Assembly: GCA_965261595.1 (NCBI GenBank)
Contig: CBDHDG010000006.1
Span: forward strand, 512,001 to 576,000
Origin: a bacterium
GTDB lineage: Bacteria > UBA8248 > JACPRG01 > G963555815
Length of the DNA stretch: 64,000 nucleotides
Reading direction: 5' to 3'
A model generated the notes under the pieces. The model made no database searches, was not told the origin of the DNA, and saw only the letters and a program-made list of their open reading frames with translations. Positions 23,946 to 33,990 of this stretch are shown piece after piece; the first letter of the stretch is position 1; each line of letters begins with the position of its first letter. Both the position numbers and the translations under genes were made by a program.

Positions 23946-24803
23946 TCACCGGGCGGCCCAGACCCTGAGGGCGATCCACATCTTCTGTAAGCGGGAGAGA
24001 GAAACGGTGTTGCGGAAAACATCGTACCGGAGGTTTTCGATCTCCCGGAGGAGCCGGCGGTAGATGCCGCCCATGATCTCGGCGGCCAGCATGCCGGGCC
24101 GGTCTTCGGGGACGAGGGCCTCCCGGGCCTCTTCGTAGAAGCGGTGCGCCCGCTCGCACTGGAACTTCATGAGGGCGATGAACCGATCGCCGTAGACGCC
24201 GCCCAGGATCTCTTCCTCCCGGCAGCCGAATCGGTCCAGGTCTTCCCGGGGGAGATAGATGCGCCCCCGCTCGGCGTCGGGCCTGACGTCGCGCAAAATA
24301 TTGGTGAGCTGAAAAGCGATGCCCAGCTTCTCGGCGTAGCGCTTGGCGCTCTCGGTGCGGTAGCCGAAGACCTCGATGCACATCAGACCGATGACCGAGG
24401 CCACGTGGTAGCAGTAGCGATAGAGATCCTCGAAGGTCTCGTAGCGGCCGCGGGCGAGGTCCATCTCGCAGCCGTCAATGAGGGCGAGGGGGAGCTCCCG
24501 GGGGATGTGGAAGGCCCGGACGGCTTCGGCCATCTGGACGGCGATGGGGTGCTCCGGCCGCCCCCCCCCGCCGCCGTACATCCGGTCCACCTCCCGCCGC
24601 CATTCGGCCAGGCCCTCGGCCGCCCGCGCCGGGTCGGCCATTTCATCCACCACGTCGTCCACGGCCCGGGAAAACGCGTACACCGCGTAAATCGCCTCGC
24701 GGCGCGGCCGGGGCAAAAACAGGAAAGAATAAAAAAAGTTCGACCGGCTGCGGCGGGTGAGCTTTCTGCAATAATCCAGGGACCGGGCGGCGACGGACTG
24801 CAT
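23946..24803 (-). CDS. hpnD: Presqualene diphosphate synthase HpnD (squalene/phytoene synthase family)
   Basis: SNFFYSF.FLP..RR.AI.AVYAF.R.VDD..D; YCY.VAS.IG; FQLTNILRDV..D..RGRIYLP. Confidence 0.82.
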   Translation of the reverse strand: MQSVAARSLDYCRKLTRRSRSNFFYSFLFLPRPRREAIYAVYAFSRAVDDVVDEMADPARAAEGLAEWRREVDRMYGGGGGRPEHPIAVQMAEAVRAFHIPRELPLALIDGCEMDLARGRYETFEDLYRYCYHVASVIGLMCIEVFGYRTESAKRYAEKLGIAFQLTNILRDVRPDAERGRIYLPREDLDRFGCREEEILGGVYGDRFIALMKFQCERAHRFYEEAREALVPEDRPGMLAAEIMGGIYRRLLREIENLRYDVFRNTVSLSRLQKMWIALRVWAAR

Positions 24804-24993
24804 TTCGGGTTTCCAGCCTCGGAATCGATGACCGACGGGTCGAGGACCCTCCGGGTCGGAGGACCCCCCGGGTCGCGAGACGGTCGGGTCACCCGTTCAT
24901 TGGGCGCATCAGGTATGCGTAGAAGGGATCATGCAGGAACTCGCTTTCAATGTGAAGCGCCCCGACGCGCCTCGAATCCTGAACCCGGGCCTG

Positions 24994-25368
24994 CTACCTG
25001 TACGTCACCCGGCCGGTCACGGTCACCTCGTACCGACGCTTGAGCCTCTTCCGGTTGACCGTGACCCGCAAATCCCGCTTCGAGAACTCCCTGGGCGTCC
25101 GGCCGACGCGCGTGGCCAGCCACACGGCAATCTGGACAAAAGTCGATTTTGCGTTCTCTTGTATTTTCCTGCCATTCGAAAACACGCCCTCCTCGTAATA
25201 AAAAACTTTCAAGTCGAAGCCGTTCGTCCTTTCATCGGTGATCAGGTATCCGGCCTTCGGCTCGACGAGAAAATCGCGCTGAAATTGGTCGGGGATGGGC
25301 GAACGGCATCCCAACAAGGCTGCGGAAAGCAGGACGGGTCCGGCAACTCGGAAAATGGTTTTTGTCAT
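24994..25368 (-). CDS. Hypothetical lipoprotein
   Basis: MTKTIFRVAGPVLLSAALLGC signal peptide with lipobox; 124 aa. Confidence 0.6.
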   Translation of the reverse strand: MTKTIFRVAGPVLLSAALLGCRSPIPDQFQRDFLVEPKAGYLITDERTNGFDLKVFYYEEGVFSNGRKIQENAKSTFVQIAVWLATRVGRTPREFSKRDLRVTVNRKRLKRRYEVTVTGRVTYR

Positions 25369-25658
25369 TGTATCGGGTGATTCCTTCCCGCGATGTGATT
25401 CTTCCGACATGCAACGCGAGGCTCGAAGTGTCCTCCCGCGCAAGCGGACGCCCGGGACCGCTCGGCGGTGAATCCGTCGAATCGCCCGGCGCGGAAAAAT
25501 CATCCCACAAGGTTTTCGGGGGTGTCAATCGCGGAGAGCCGCGTCGCCGGCAACGCCCCGGTGGAAAGGGGCCATCCCTGGGGAGAGGAAGCGCCCCGCC
25601 GTTGGGCCACTCCCCCCCCGATGGACAGTCGGTCGTGGAGACGGATCGGGCGGGCGGG

Positions 25659-26606
25659 TTAGAGGCCGGCGAACGGATCCGGCTCGGGGGGATGGATTTC
25701 CACGTCGCTTCGGGCGCAGACGAAGGATTCGTAGGGAAAGAGCCAGCGGCCGGCCAGGCCCATGATCCACCACCAATGGGTCTTGAACCCCCGCACCCCC
25801 ATTTGGCTTCGATACGTAAACAGCGCCCGGCGCTTTCTTCGGAGATCGCGACGGATGTCCAGCCGCGTGGTGATGGCGTCGTCCGGCGTTCCGACCTTGT
25901 TCTCGTCGAAGTCGGGGTTGTCCATGGGGGTCTTTCTGCCGAGAAATTTCAGCGTCCTCCACAGGCGGAGCATGTCCGACCGGCTCCAGGCGGTGTAATA
26001 GAGCTTTTTCACGCGCCAGGGATCCGGGACGTCATCCCCGCCGTCCCTCTCCCCCCCGTCCCCCCGTCCATCCCCTGTTGGGCCTTCCGCCGCCTCCAGG
26101 GCCGCCAGGGTCGCCTGGTGGGTCATGATGTGGTCGGGGTGGCCATAGCCGCCGTTTTCGTTGTACGTGACAACCACGTCCGGACGGTGCCAGCGGATGA
26201 CCTCGGCAATGCGCCCGGCGACCTCGTCCAGGTCCGCGTTCATGAACACGCCGGGGTCGTTGTTTTGTTCCCACCCGGCCATGCCCGAGTCCCGGTAGTC
26301 CAGGTTGTAGACGTGCGTGATGTCCAGGATCTTCACCGCCTTGGCCTGTTCCTGTTTCCGGAGCTCGATCAGCCGCTTGCGGTCTTCAAGATTTTCCCAC
26401 GGCTTCAGCGGGTGGCGCGGGTCCTTGGCCTCGCCCATCTCCCCGTTGGTGCAGGTGATCAAGATCGTCGTGCGCCCCGCCGCGGCCGACTGGATCAACA
26501 ACCCTCCCGTCCCGCTGCACTCATCGTCCGAATGGGCGTGGACGGCGAGGAGCGTGAGGGTGTCCGGGTGATCGGCTCGCGCGGCGGGTGAGGAGTCTCT
26601 ATTCAC
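25659..26606 (-). CDS. PIG-L/LmbE-family deacetylase (MshB/Mca-like)
   Basis: VHAHSDDE, TCTNGEMGE, YRDSGMAG, RPDVVVTY.ENGGYGHPDH, KLYY. Confidence 0.88.
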   Translation of the reverse strand: MNRDSSPAARADHPDTLTLLAVHAHSDDECSGTGGLLIQSAAAGRTTILITCTNGEMGEAKDPRHPLKPWENLEDRKRLIELRKQEQAKAVKILDITHVYNLDYRDSGMAGWEQNNDPGVFMNADLDEVAGRIAEVIRWHRPDVVVTYNENGGYGHPDHIMTHQATLAALEAAEGPTGDGRGDGGERDGGDDVPDPWRVKKLYYTAWSRSDMLRLWRTLKFLGRKTPMDNPDFDENKVGTPDDAITTRLDIRRDLRRKRRALFTYRSQMGVRGFKTHWWWIMGLAGRWLFPYESFVCARSDVEIHPPEPDPFAGL

Positions 26607-26738
26607 GTGGGTTTCATGGGTCGCGGAAAAAAAGGGAAGACGCGCGTCGACGCCTTCCCACGGACAAACATTGTCTTGTCTAGATAGGCGCGGCGGGCGG
26701 GAGCGTCGAGGGGGAAAACAGGTTTTCGCCGAGCCGCC

Positions 26739-27545
26739 TCACGTGAGCGAGGTCCACAGGACCACAAGGCCCAGCGCCCAGAGGTAGAAGGAGACCAGGT
26801 AGAGATTTCCGGAGATGGTGAGCCGGATGAGCACCTTCAATCCAAAGAAGCCGACCACGCCCGCGATGACCGTCCCCAGGAGAATGGGGCCGATCCCCAT
26901 CCCCCCCGTCTGGCCGGACAGGTCGCCGGCCTTCAGGACCAAAGCGCCGAGGATGGCGGGGATGCCCATCAGGAACGAGAACCGGACCGCCAGGCTTCGC
27001 TCGATGCCCAGGAAGAGGCCGCTTCCGATCGTCATCCCGCTGCGGGAGATTCCGGGCAGGAGGGCGATGGCCTGATAGACCCCGACCCACAAGGCGTCCC
27101 GGACGCCTAAATCCTCCTCCGACCGCTTGCCCTCCTTATTCCGGACGGCAAACAACAGGAGGCCCGTGATGATGAACATCCCCCCGATCAACGGAAGGAT
27201 GTTGAAGGCCCTCTCTATCCACCGATTGAACAAGACGCCGATCACGCCGATGGGGACGGTCCCGAGGATGACCAGCCAGCCCATGCGGGCGGCGGCGGGA
27301 GATTGTCCGCCCCCTTTCGCGAACATGGAGGACAGAACGATCCGGATGTCTTTGGAAAACACCACGAGGATGGCGGCGAGCGTTCCCGCGTGAAGCATGA
27401 CGTCCAGGAACAACACGGGCCCCTGGACATCCAGGATTTTCTGGAGAACAGCCAAGTGGCCCGAGCTGCTGACCGGAAGAAACTCGGTCACTCCCTGGAG
27501 GGCGCCGAGGAGCGCGGCCTTGAGATAATCGCTGAACCCCTCCAT
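26739..27545 (-). CDS. uppP: Undecaprenyl-diphosphate phosphatase
   Basis: QGVTEFLPVSSSGHL; PGISRSG.TI; FSFLM.IPA. Confidence 0.95.
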   Translation of the reverse strand: MEGFSDYLKAALLGALQGVTEFLPVSSSGHLAVLQKILDVQGPVLFLDVMLHAGTLAAILVVFSKDIRIVLSSMFAKGGGQSPAAARMGWLVILGTVPIGVIGVLFNRWIERAFNILPLIGGMFIITGLLLFAVRNKEGKRSEEDLGVRDALWVGVYQAIALLPGISRSGMTIGSGLFLGIERSLAVRFSFLMGIPAILGALVLKAGDLSGQTGGMGIGPILLGTVIAGVVGFFGLKVLIRLTISGNLYLVSFYLWALGLVVLWTSLT

Positions 27546-27596
27546 CGGTCGGACTCTCCCCACCCGGTTGGAAATGGAGCCGAAAGCCGCAAAGGA

Positions 27597-28688
27597 TTAT
27601 AGATACTTGTCCAACCGCTTCCGCTTCAGAGCCTCGACCACCTTCCGGACATCCTGCGCCCGACTCCGCGGACAGATTAAGAGCGCGTCGCCGGCGTCCA
27701 CCACGATCAAATCCTTGATGCCCACAGTGACCACAAGTTTCCCGGGAGCGTAGACGATCAGGTTGTCGCTGTCCACGCCGATGTGCTCGCCCGCCACGGC
27801 GCCTTTCCCGGACGGACCGGAGAGCAGGTCGCCGATCGCGCGGAAATCCCCGATGTCGCTCCACCCCACCCGGCAGGGCAAGGAGGCCACAAGGCCCTCC
27901 CGCGCGGCGGCCTCCATCAAGCCGAAATCGATGGAGACGGCCGGGAGCCGGGGAAACGTCTCTCTCAGCGTTTTCCCTTCCGTCCTTTTTCCCAGGGATC
28001 GCTCGATCCGCAAGAGCCCCCGGTGAAGCGCCGGCAGGCGGCGGGCCATCTCGTTCATCACCCGTTCCGCCGAGAGAACAAAGATCCCGCTGTTCCACGC
28101 GCACCCGCCCGCGGCCAGGCGCCGCTTGGCCGTTCGCGGGCTCGGCTTCTCCAAGAAGGCCGCCACGCGATGGACGGGGTAGCCGCCCGAGGTTCCGATC
28201 GAGTCCCCTTCGCACAGGTAGCCGTATCCCGTTTCCGGCCGATCGGCAGGCGCCCCCAGCGTCACGATGTCGTCGGTCTCCCAGGACCACGCCAAGGCGG
28301 CCTCGAGGATTTTGCGGAACTCGGGTTCATTCCGGATGAAATGATCGGCTGGCAGGACGGCCAGCAGGGCCTTGGGATTCCGGCGGCGCACGTGGAGGGC
28401 GGCGTAGCCGATGCTCGCGGCCGTGTTCCGGCCCTCGGGCTCGGGGAGGAGGTTTTCCTTCGGCAGACGCGGCAACTCCGCGGCCACAGCGGAGGCCGTC
28501 TCGGCCCCCGTCACCACGAACGTGCGGGAGGGGGGGATCAGTCCGCGAAGCCGGTTCTGCGTGGCGCGGATGAGAGAGATCCCGCCGAACAGTTTCAGAA
28601 AGGGTTTCGGCGTTTGTCTTCGGCTGATCGGCCACAGCCGGGCGCCGGGTCCGCCCGCCAGGATCACCGCGTAGGCCGCCGGGTTCAT
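27597..28688 (-). CDS. manC: Mannose-1-phosphate guanylyltransferase
   Basis: VILAGG.G.RLWP.SR...PK.F, EP.GRNTA, LPADH.I, PETGYGY, F.EKP, WNSG.F, GWSD.G. Confidence 0.92.
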   Translation of the reverse strand: MNPAAYAVILAGGPGARLWPISRRQTPKPFLKLFGGISLIRATQNRLRGLIPPSRTFVVTGAETASAVAAELPRLPKENLLPEPEGRNTAASIGYAALHVRRRNPKALLAVLPADHFIRNEPEFRKILEAALAWSWETDDIVTLGAPADRPETGYGYLCEGDSIGTSGGYPVHRVAAFLEKPSPRTAKRRLAAGGCAWNSGIFVLSAERVMNEMARRLPALHRGLLRIERSLGKRTEGKTLRETFPRLPAVSIDFGLMEAAAREGLVASLPCRVGWSDIGDFRAIGDLLSGPSGKGAVAGEHIGVDSDNLIVYAPGKLVVTVGIKDLIVVDAGDALLICPRSRAQDVRKVVEALKRKRLDKYL

Positions 28689-29299
28689 GAGGATTCCGAT
28701 GGGGCCTTCCCGTGCCGGCCCAGGGCGAGCTTCACGAGCAAAAATCCCAGAACGAGGAGGACGACAAACGCCATGGACAGGAGGTTGAAATACCGGTCGA
28801 TGAACGCGCGAATCACATCACCGTAGAAGTAGATCAATCCGGCCACCAGGAAAAACCGCGCGGACCGGCCGATGATGGAGGCGATCACGAACGTCCCGAA
28901 GCGGATCCGAAAGGCCCCGGCGGCGATGGTGAATATCTTGTACGGGATCGGGGTGAAAGCGGCGATGACAACCGCCCAGGCGTCGTAGCGTTCGAACAGC
29001 CGCTTGATGGACTCCCACTTGGCTTCGGCCCCGTAGAATCTAAGGATGCGGCTCCCGACGGTCCCCATGAGCCCCATCCCGATCAGATAGCCCAGGACGC
29101 CACCGGCCACCGAGGCCGCAGAGCAGATCAGCGCAAACCACAGGGCCTTCTCGGGGGCGCCCAGCGCCAGCGCGATGAGAAGCGGATCGGGCGGAAGGGG
29201 GAAGAAGGAAGACTCCGCGAAGGCCAGCAGGCCCAGGGCCCAACTCCCGTAGGGTGTTTCCGCCCAATGAAGCATCCAGTCATAAAGTGATTTAACCAT
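28685..29299 (-). CDS. YqaA/DedA-family (VTT domain) membrane protein
   Basis: AFAESSFFPLPPD; FTPIPYKIFTI.AG; GRSARFF. Confidence 0.88.
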   Translation of the reverse strand: MVKSLYDWMLHWAETPYGSWALGLLAFAESSFFPLPPDPLLIALALGAPEKALWFALICSAASVAGGVLGYLIGMGLMGTVGSRILRFYGAEAKWESIKRLFERYDAWAVVIAAFTPIPYKIFTIAAGAFRIRFGTFVIASIIGRSARFFLVAGLIYFYGDVIRAFIDRYFNLLSMAFVVLLVLGFLLVKLALGRHGKAPSESS

Positions 29300-30665
29300 T
29301 CACGCCCTCGACTTGAGGAAACGCCTTCAAGTGGCCCAGGATCTCCGAGCGGATCTCTTCGAGCCGCTCCGCGGACTCGGCCTCGAAGCGGACGGTCAGG
29401 GCCTCGGTCGTATTGGAGGCGCGCACCAGACCCCAGCCGTCGCCGAAATCCACCCGGACGCCGTCGAGGGTGATCAGGGGGAAGCGGCCTTCCAGCCGGT
29501 CCCGCAGGGCCTCGACGACGTGGAACTTTTCGGCGTCCGGGCATGGAAGCTTGATTTCGGGGGACGCGAAGAGCGGTGGAACGTCGGCCAGGAGGCTGGA
29601 GAGCGGCGCGTCGGCGCGGGCGCGCAAATCCAGGAGCCGCAGGGCTGCGTAGAGTGCGTCGTCGTATCCGTAGTAATCGTCCGCGAAAAACATGTGGCCG
29701 GAGAACTCACCCGCCAGGGGCGCGTTCTCTTCCTTCAGCTTTTTTTTGATGAGGGAATGGCCAGCCTTCCACATCACCGGCCGGCCCCCCGCATTCTCGA
29801 TGGCCCGGATGAGGTTCATCGAGCATTTCACCTCGAATACGATGGGGGCCCCGGGCCTGCGGGAAAGAACGTCGCGGGCAAAGAGGATCATCAGGTAATC
29901 GGGCCAGAGGATGGCCCCCTTTTCGTCGACCGCGCCGAGGCGGTCGCCGTCTCCATCGAATGCTACGCCGAGGTCCGCGCCTTCGGTCCGGACCGTTTCG
30001 ATGAGGTCTTCCAGGTTCTCCGCAACGGAAGGGTCCGGGTGATGATGGGGAAAGTCGCCGTCCGGCTCGCAATAAAGCGGAATGACCTGATGGCCGAAGG
30101 ATTCGATGACCCGCACCGCCAACTCGCCCATGACCCCGTTGCCGCCGTCCACGACCACCTTGAGCGGCCGGTCGAAAGAGAACTTGGCGCCCAGGACCGC
30201 CCGGTAGTCGTCGAGGACATCCACCCGGACGGCGCGGCCGTTGCCCTGGACGAAATCGCGGCGCTCGATGATATCGGCCAGGGCGCGAATCTCCTCTCCC
30301 GCCAAAGATTCTACGCCCCGGGAAATCTTGAATCCATTGAACTCCGGGGGGTTATGACTCGCCGTGACCATGACGGCGCCGTCGCTTTCGAGGTGAATCG
30401 CGGCGAAGTACAAAACCGGTGTGGGGACAATGCCGACGTCGCTCACCTGTGCGCCCGTGGCGCGAAGACCGTCGATGAGGCTCACCCGGATGGCGGGCGA
30501 GCTCGGCCGCACGTCCCGGCCCACAACGAACGTGGCGCCGTCTTGAACGCGAAGGGCCGTCCCGATGGCGCGCCCGATCGCACGAACCGCGGGGACGTCC
30601 AGATCCTCTTCCACCACACCCCGAATGTCGTATTCTCTGAAGATTTCGCGGTTGACAGTTGGCAT
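29292..30665 (-). CDS. Phosphomannomutase/phosphoglucomutase (AlgC-like)
   Basis: FREYDIRG, TASHNP, FDGDGDR, GEFSGH, VRASNT. Confidence 0.95.
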   Translation of the reverse strand: MPTVNREIFREYDIRGVVEEDLDVPAVRAIGRAIGTALRVQDGATFVVGRDVRPSSPAIRVSLIDGLRATGAQVSDVGIVPTPVLYFAAIHLESDGAVMVTASHNPPEFNGFKISRGVESLAGEEIRALADIIERRDFVQGNGRAVRVDVLDDYRAVLGAKFSFDRPLKVVVDGGNGVMGELAVRVIESFGHQVIPLYCEPDGDFPHHHPDPSVAENLEDLIETVRTEGADLGVAFDGDGDRLGAVDEKGAILWPDYLMILFARDVLSRRPGAPIVFEVKCSMNLIRAIENAGGRPVMWKAGHSLIKKKLKEENAPLAGEFSGHMFFADDYYGYDDALYAALRLLDLRARADAPLSSLLADVPPLFASPEIKLPCPDAEKFHVVEALRDRLEGRFPLITLDGVRVDFGDGWGLVRASNTTEALTVRFEAESAERLEEIRSEILGHLKAFPQVEGVNG

Positions 30666-30917
30666 CGAGTACCGGAGGGTTCAAGCAATGGGGAGAAAGA
30701 TGAGGGCGCCTATCGCTGGGCTCTACGATAGCACAAGGCGTGGAAGGCCCGCAACTCATGCGCCCCCCCGACCCCCCCTCCGGCCCGAAAACGGGCGTTC
30801 GGATATCAGGTCCACAGCACGGAAATCTTCCGGCGGGGTTCGGCCCGGACTATGGTATGATCCGTATGCGCCTTGCGAATTCGACAAGCTTTTAATCCAC
30901 CAAGTCATTCATGGGTC

Positions 30918-31661
30918 ATGGCCAATACCATCAGAAGCGAGGTCTTGAGGAAATCGGCGCCTTCGGGCTGGAGGAGGCCCGAGGGGATCCTGAAGCCCCT
31001 GTGGTATCTCTGGGTCTGGTTTTCCCTGAGCCTCATTCTCCTTTATCTGAAAGTCTTCAACCGCACCCGTTTCGAGGGGCTTGAACACATTCCCGAAGAC
31101 GGCCCCGTGGTGATCGTCAGCAACCACATCTCGGACCTGGACCCGGTGCTGATCCCGGCGGCCATCCTGATTCGGTATCCGACTCAACTGGCCCGATCCG
31201 TGGCCAAGACCGAGCTCGAAAGGGTTCCCTTTCTCGGCGCTTTCCTGAAGAGTTACGGCTCCATCTTCGTGAACCGGACAGGTCGAGACCTTCGGGGCAT
31301 GCGCCAGATCATCCAGGCGATGAAAACGGGGAAGGTTGTGATCTACCCCGAGGGGACCCGGAGCATGGACGGAAAGCTCCTTCCGGGAAAACGGACCGTG
31401 GGCAGATTGATTCATCTGGCCCGGCCGGTCGTGATTCCAGCCGCGGTGTGGGGGACCATCCTGGCCATACCGCCCACCAGCCCATGGCCCCGCGTCGGAA
31501 AGGATCTCGGCGTCCGGTTCGGCCCCCCGTTGGACATGGAACCTCTCTACGCGTTGCCGCCCACCAAAGAGAACAGCCAGCAAATCATCGATCACGTCAT
31601 GTCGGCCATCGGCGGGCTCGTGGAAGAAGTCAAAGCCGAAGGCCGGGTCGTCGAGATATGA
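30918..31661 (+). CDS. Lysophospholipid acyltransferase (PlsC-like)
   Basis: SNHISDLD (HX4D), AKTEL, IYPEGTRS. Confidence 0.9.
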   Translation: MANTIRSEVLRKSAPSGWRRPEGILKPLWYLWVWFSLSLILLYLKVFNRTRFEGLEHIPEDGPVVIVSNHISDLDPVLIPAAILIRYPTQLARSVAKTELERVPFLGAFLKSYGSIFVNRTGRDLRGMRQIIQAMKTGKVVIYPEGTRSMDGKLLPGKRTVGRLIHLARPVVIPAAVWGTILAIPPTSPWPRVGKDLGVRFGPPLDMEPLYALPPTKENSQQIIDHVMSAIGGLVEEVKAEGRVVEI

Positions 31662-32137
31662 GCGGCTTCACCCCTGTGGGGTCGATCCTTCGTGATCTCA
31701 CCCGGTCCGCCCCATGGGGACCGGGGATTCAACGCTACGAGGTCATCCGGAACTGGGAGGAGGCCGTCGGCCCGACGGTGGCCCGAATGACAAATCCAGT
31801 GGAAGTGAAAGGACGAACATTATACGTAGAGGTTCGGGATCCCGTGTGGTTGCAACAGATGGTGTTCCTCAGCGAGAAAGTCCGCTGTGCGCTCAATCAA
31901 GCGGTGGGCCGGGACGTCCTGGACCGGATCTTTTTCCGCCAGGCGGACACACCGTGGAGGCCCGCGGCCCCGGAGGACGAACTCGAGGCCGAAAAGGCGC
32001 GGGAGCGGAGTGCCCGGATGGCCGCCCAAGCCCCGGGTCGGGCGGAATCACGGGCCGCCCTGGCGAAGATCGAAGACCCCGTTGTCCGCGAGGCCCTTGC
32101 GCACCTGCTGGCCCGGGCGGGAAGGGTGGAACCTTGA
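31658..32137 (+). CDS. DUF721/DciA-family protein
   Basis: WEEAVG..VA..T.P......LYVEV....W.QQ..F......LN; ATGA overlap with the upstream gene. Confidence 0.8.
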   Translation: MSGFTPVGSILRDLTRSAPWGPGIQRYEVIRNWEEAVGPTVARMTNPVEVKGRTLYVEVRDPVWLQQMVFLSEKVRCALNQAVGRDVLDRIFFRQADTPWRPAAPEDELEAEKARERSARMAAQAPGRAESRAALAKIEDPVVREALAHLLARAGRVEP

Positions 32138-33990
32138 CCTATCGGACGATTGCTTGGGTTTGCGGACTCTTCCTGTCCCTGGGGCTGACCCCGGGATGCG
32201 CGGGGATCCGTTCGCTGGACGAAAACCCGGCCTGGCCCGCCGGGTCCGTTCCGGATCGCCGGCCCCTTCGCCAAGTCCAGTCCGGGAAAAAGGACGCCGG
32301 CGGCGACCTGCGCGCGTCCGCGCGGGATCCCGCGCGGGATCCGGCGAAATCGCCCGATTCGAAGTCTCGGCGCTCCCCCGGCACGCCCGGGGATGATTAC
32401 GCTCTGTTTATCCGGGGATACTCGGCGGACCTGGAAAGCGACCTTCCGGCGGCCGAACAGGCTTACCGGAAAGCGGTCCGCCTCGCCCCGCGCAAGGCTT
32501 ACCTCCGGTACATCCTGGCCTCCGTGCTCCTGCGGCTCGGCCGGGTGGAAGACGCGACAAAAGAGGCGCGGGCGGGCGTTCGCCTGGCGCCCGGCCGGAT
32601 AAGGCTCAGGCTCCTGCTGGCCGATCTCGAGACCGCTTCGGGCCGCCGAAAGAAGGCCATCGCCCAATTCCGGGCCGTCCTGAAGATGCGGCCGAACCGC
32701 CAGGAGGCCCACCTGTATCTGGGGGCGCTGCTCACGGAGACGGGCGAGTACGACGAGGCCGCGCGGAACCTGAATCAGTTGTTGAAGCTGAACCGCCGGT
32801 CGGCTTTCGCCCATTACTATCTGGGGCAGATCCACCTCCGGACGAAGGAATATGGGAAGGCCTTGAAGAGTCTGCGGTCCACCCTTCGCTCGTTGCCGCG
32901 TTTCCGGGACGCGCTGATCAGCGTCGGAAGGGTCCTGGAGCTCCAGGCCAAGATCCCGGAGGCCGTCAAGGCGTACCGCCGGGTCCTTCACCTCGCGCCC
33001 GGGAAGAAGGCCGTCCGGGAGCGGCTGAAACAGTTGACGCACATGAAGGACGGTCTTCCGCCGCCGAAGGCCGAATTCGCGAAGTGGCTTCAGCGCTCCA
33101 CCGCCGCCCTACTCGCCCAACGGGTCGTGGGGCTCGTCCTGTTCGAGCAGCGCCGTTACGTCCGGGCGCTGGAGAAGTTTCGTCTGGTCCTTCACAGCCG
33201 CCCCCAAGACGGCAGAATCCGGCGATACATCGCGGGCATCCTCGAGAACCAAGGGCGGTTGGCCGAGGCGCACAAGGAGTTGGAGATCGTGCTTCGCGAT
33301 CATCCCAAGTCCGTGGACGGCCGGATTCAGGTGAGCCGCGTGCTCATGGAGCTCAAACGCGGGGAGGAGGCGCTGAAACCCCTCGAAGAGGTCCGGACCC
33401 TCGCCCCCAAAGACCCCCGGGCCCCGTTCATGCTGGGCCTTTTCAATGCCCGCCTGAAGAAATTCAGACCCGCCATCCCCCACTACCGCCGCGCCATCGC
33501 GCTGGCGCCGAAGAACGAACGGTATCTGTTCAACCTGGGCGTGGCCCACTATGAGCTGAAGGAATACCCCGAAGTCGCCCGGGTGATGAAGGCCGTTCTG
33601 AAGATCAATCCGCGCAATTCCAATGCCAACAACCTGTTGGGTTACATGTGGTCCGAGCAGGGCATCCGCCTGGACGAGGCCGTTGCGGCCGTGGAAAAGG
33701 CCTTGTCCCTCGAACCCGACAACGGGGCGTTCATGGATAGCCTGGGCTGGGTCTATTACAAGAAGGGATGGCTCAAAAAGGCGCTGAAGAAGCTGGAGCT
33801 GGCGACCTCTCTTCTCCCGGACGACCCGGTGATTCTGGATCATCTGGGCGATGTGTACTTTGGTCTGAAACGGTGGAAGGCGGCCAGGCGCGCCTGGCGG
33901 AGATCTCTCAAGATCGATTCCAAGAACAAAAAAGTCCGATCCAAATTCGAGCGCGTGCAAAAGGAGCTGCAACGGGCGGAACGGAGGTGA
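32134..33990 (+). CDS. Tetratricopeptide-repeat lipoprotein
   Basis: Lipobox-like TPGC; many TPRs; C-terminal N.LGY...DSLGWVYYK.G...D.VILDHLGD; TTG start overlapping the upstream stop. Confidence 0.88.
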   Translation: MTYRTIAWVCGLFLSLGLTPGCAGIRSLDENPAWPAGSVPDRRPLRQVQSGKKDAGGDLRASARDPARDPAKSPDSKSRRSPGTPGDDYALFIRGYSADLESDLPAAEQAYRKAVRLAPRKAYLRYILASVLLRLGRVEDATKEARAGVRLAPGRIRLRLLLADLETASGRRKKAIAQFRAVLKMRPNRQEAHLYLGALLTETGEYDEAARNLNQLLKLNRRSAFAHYYLGQIHLRTKEYGKALKSLRSTLRSLPRFRDALISVGRVLELQAKIPEAVKAYRRVLHLAPGKKAVRERLKQLTHMKDGLPPPKAEFAKWLQRSTAALLAQRVVGLVLFEQRRYVRALEKFRLVLHSRPQDGRIRRYIAGILENQGRLAEAHKELEIVLRDHPKSVDGRIQVSRVLMELKRGEEALKPLEEVRTLAPKDPRAPFMLGLFNARLKKFRPAIPHYRRAIALAPKNERYLFNLGVAHYELKEYPEVARVMKAVLKINPRNSNANNLLGYMWSEQGIRLDEAVAAVEKALSLEPDNGAFMDSLGWVYYKKGWLKKALKKLELATSLLPDDPVILDHLGDVYFGLKRWKAARRAWRRSLKIDSKNKKVRSKFERVQKELQRAERR

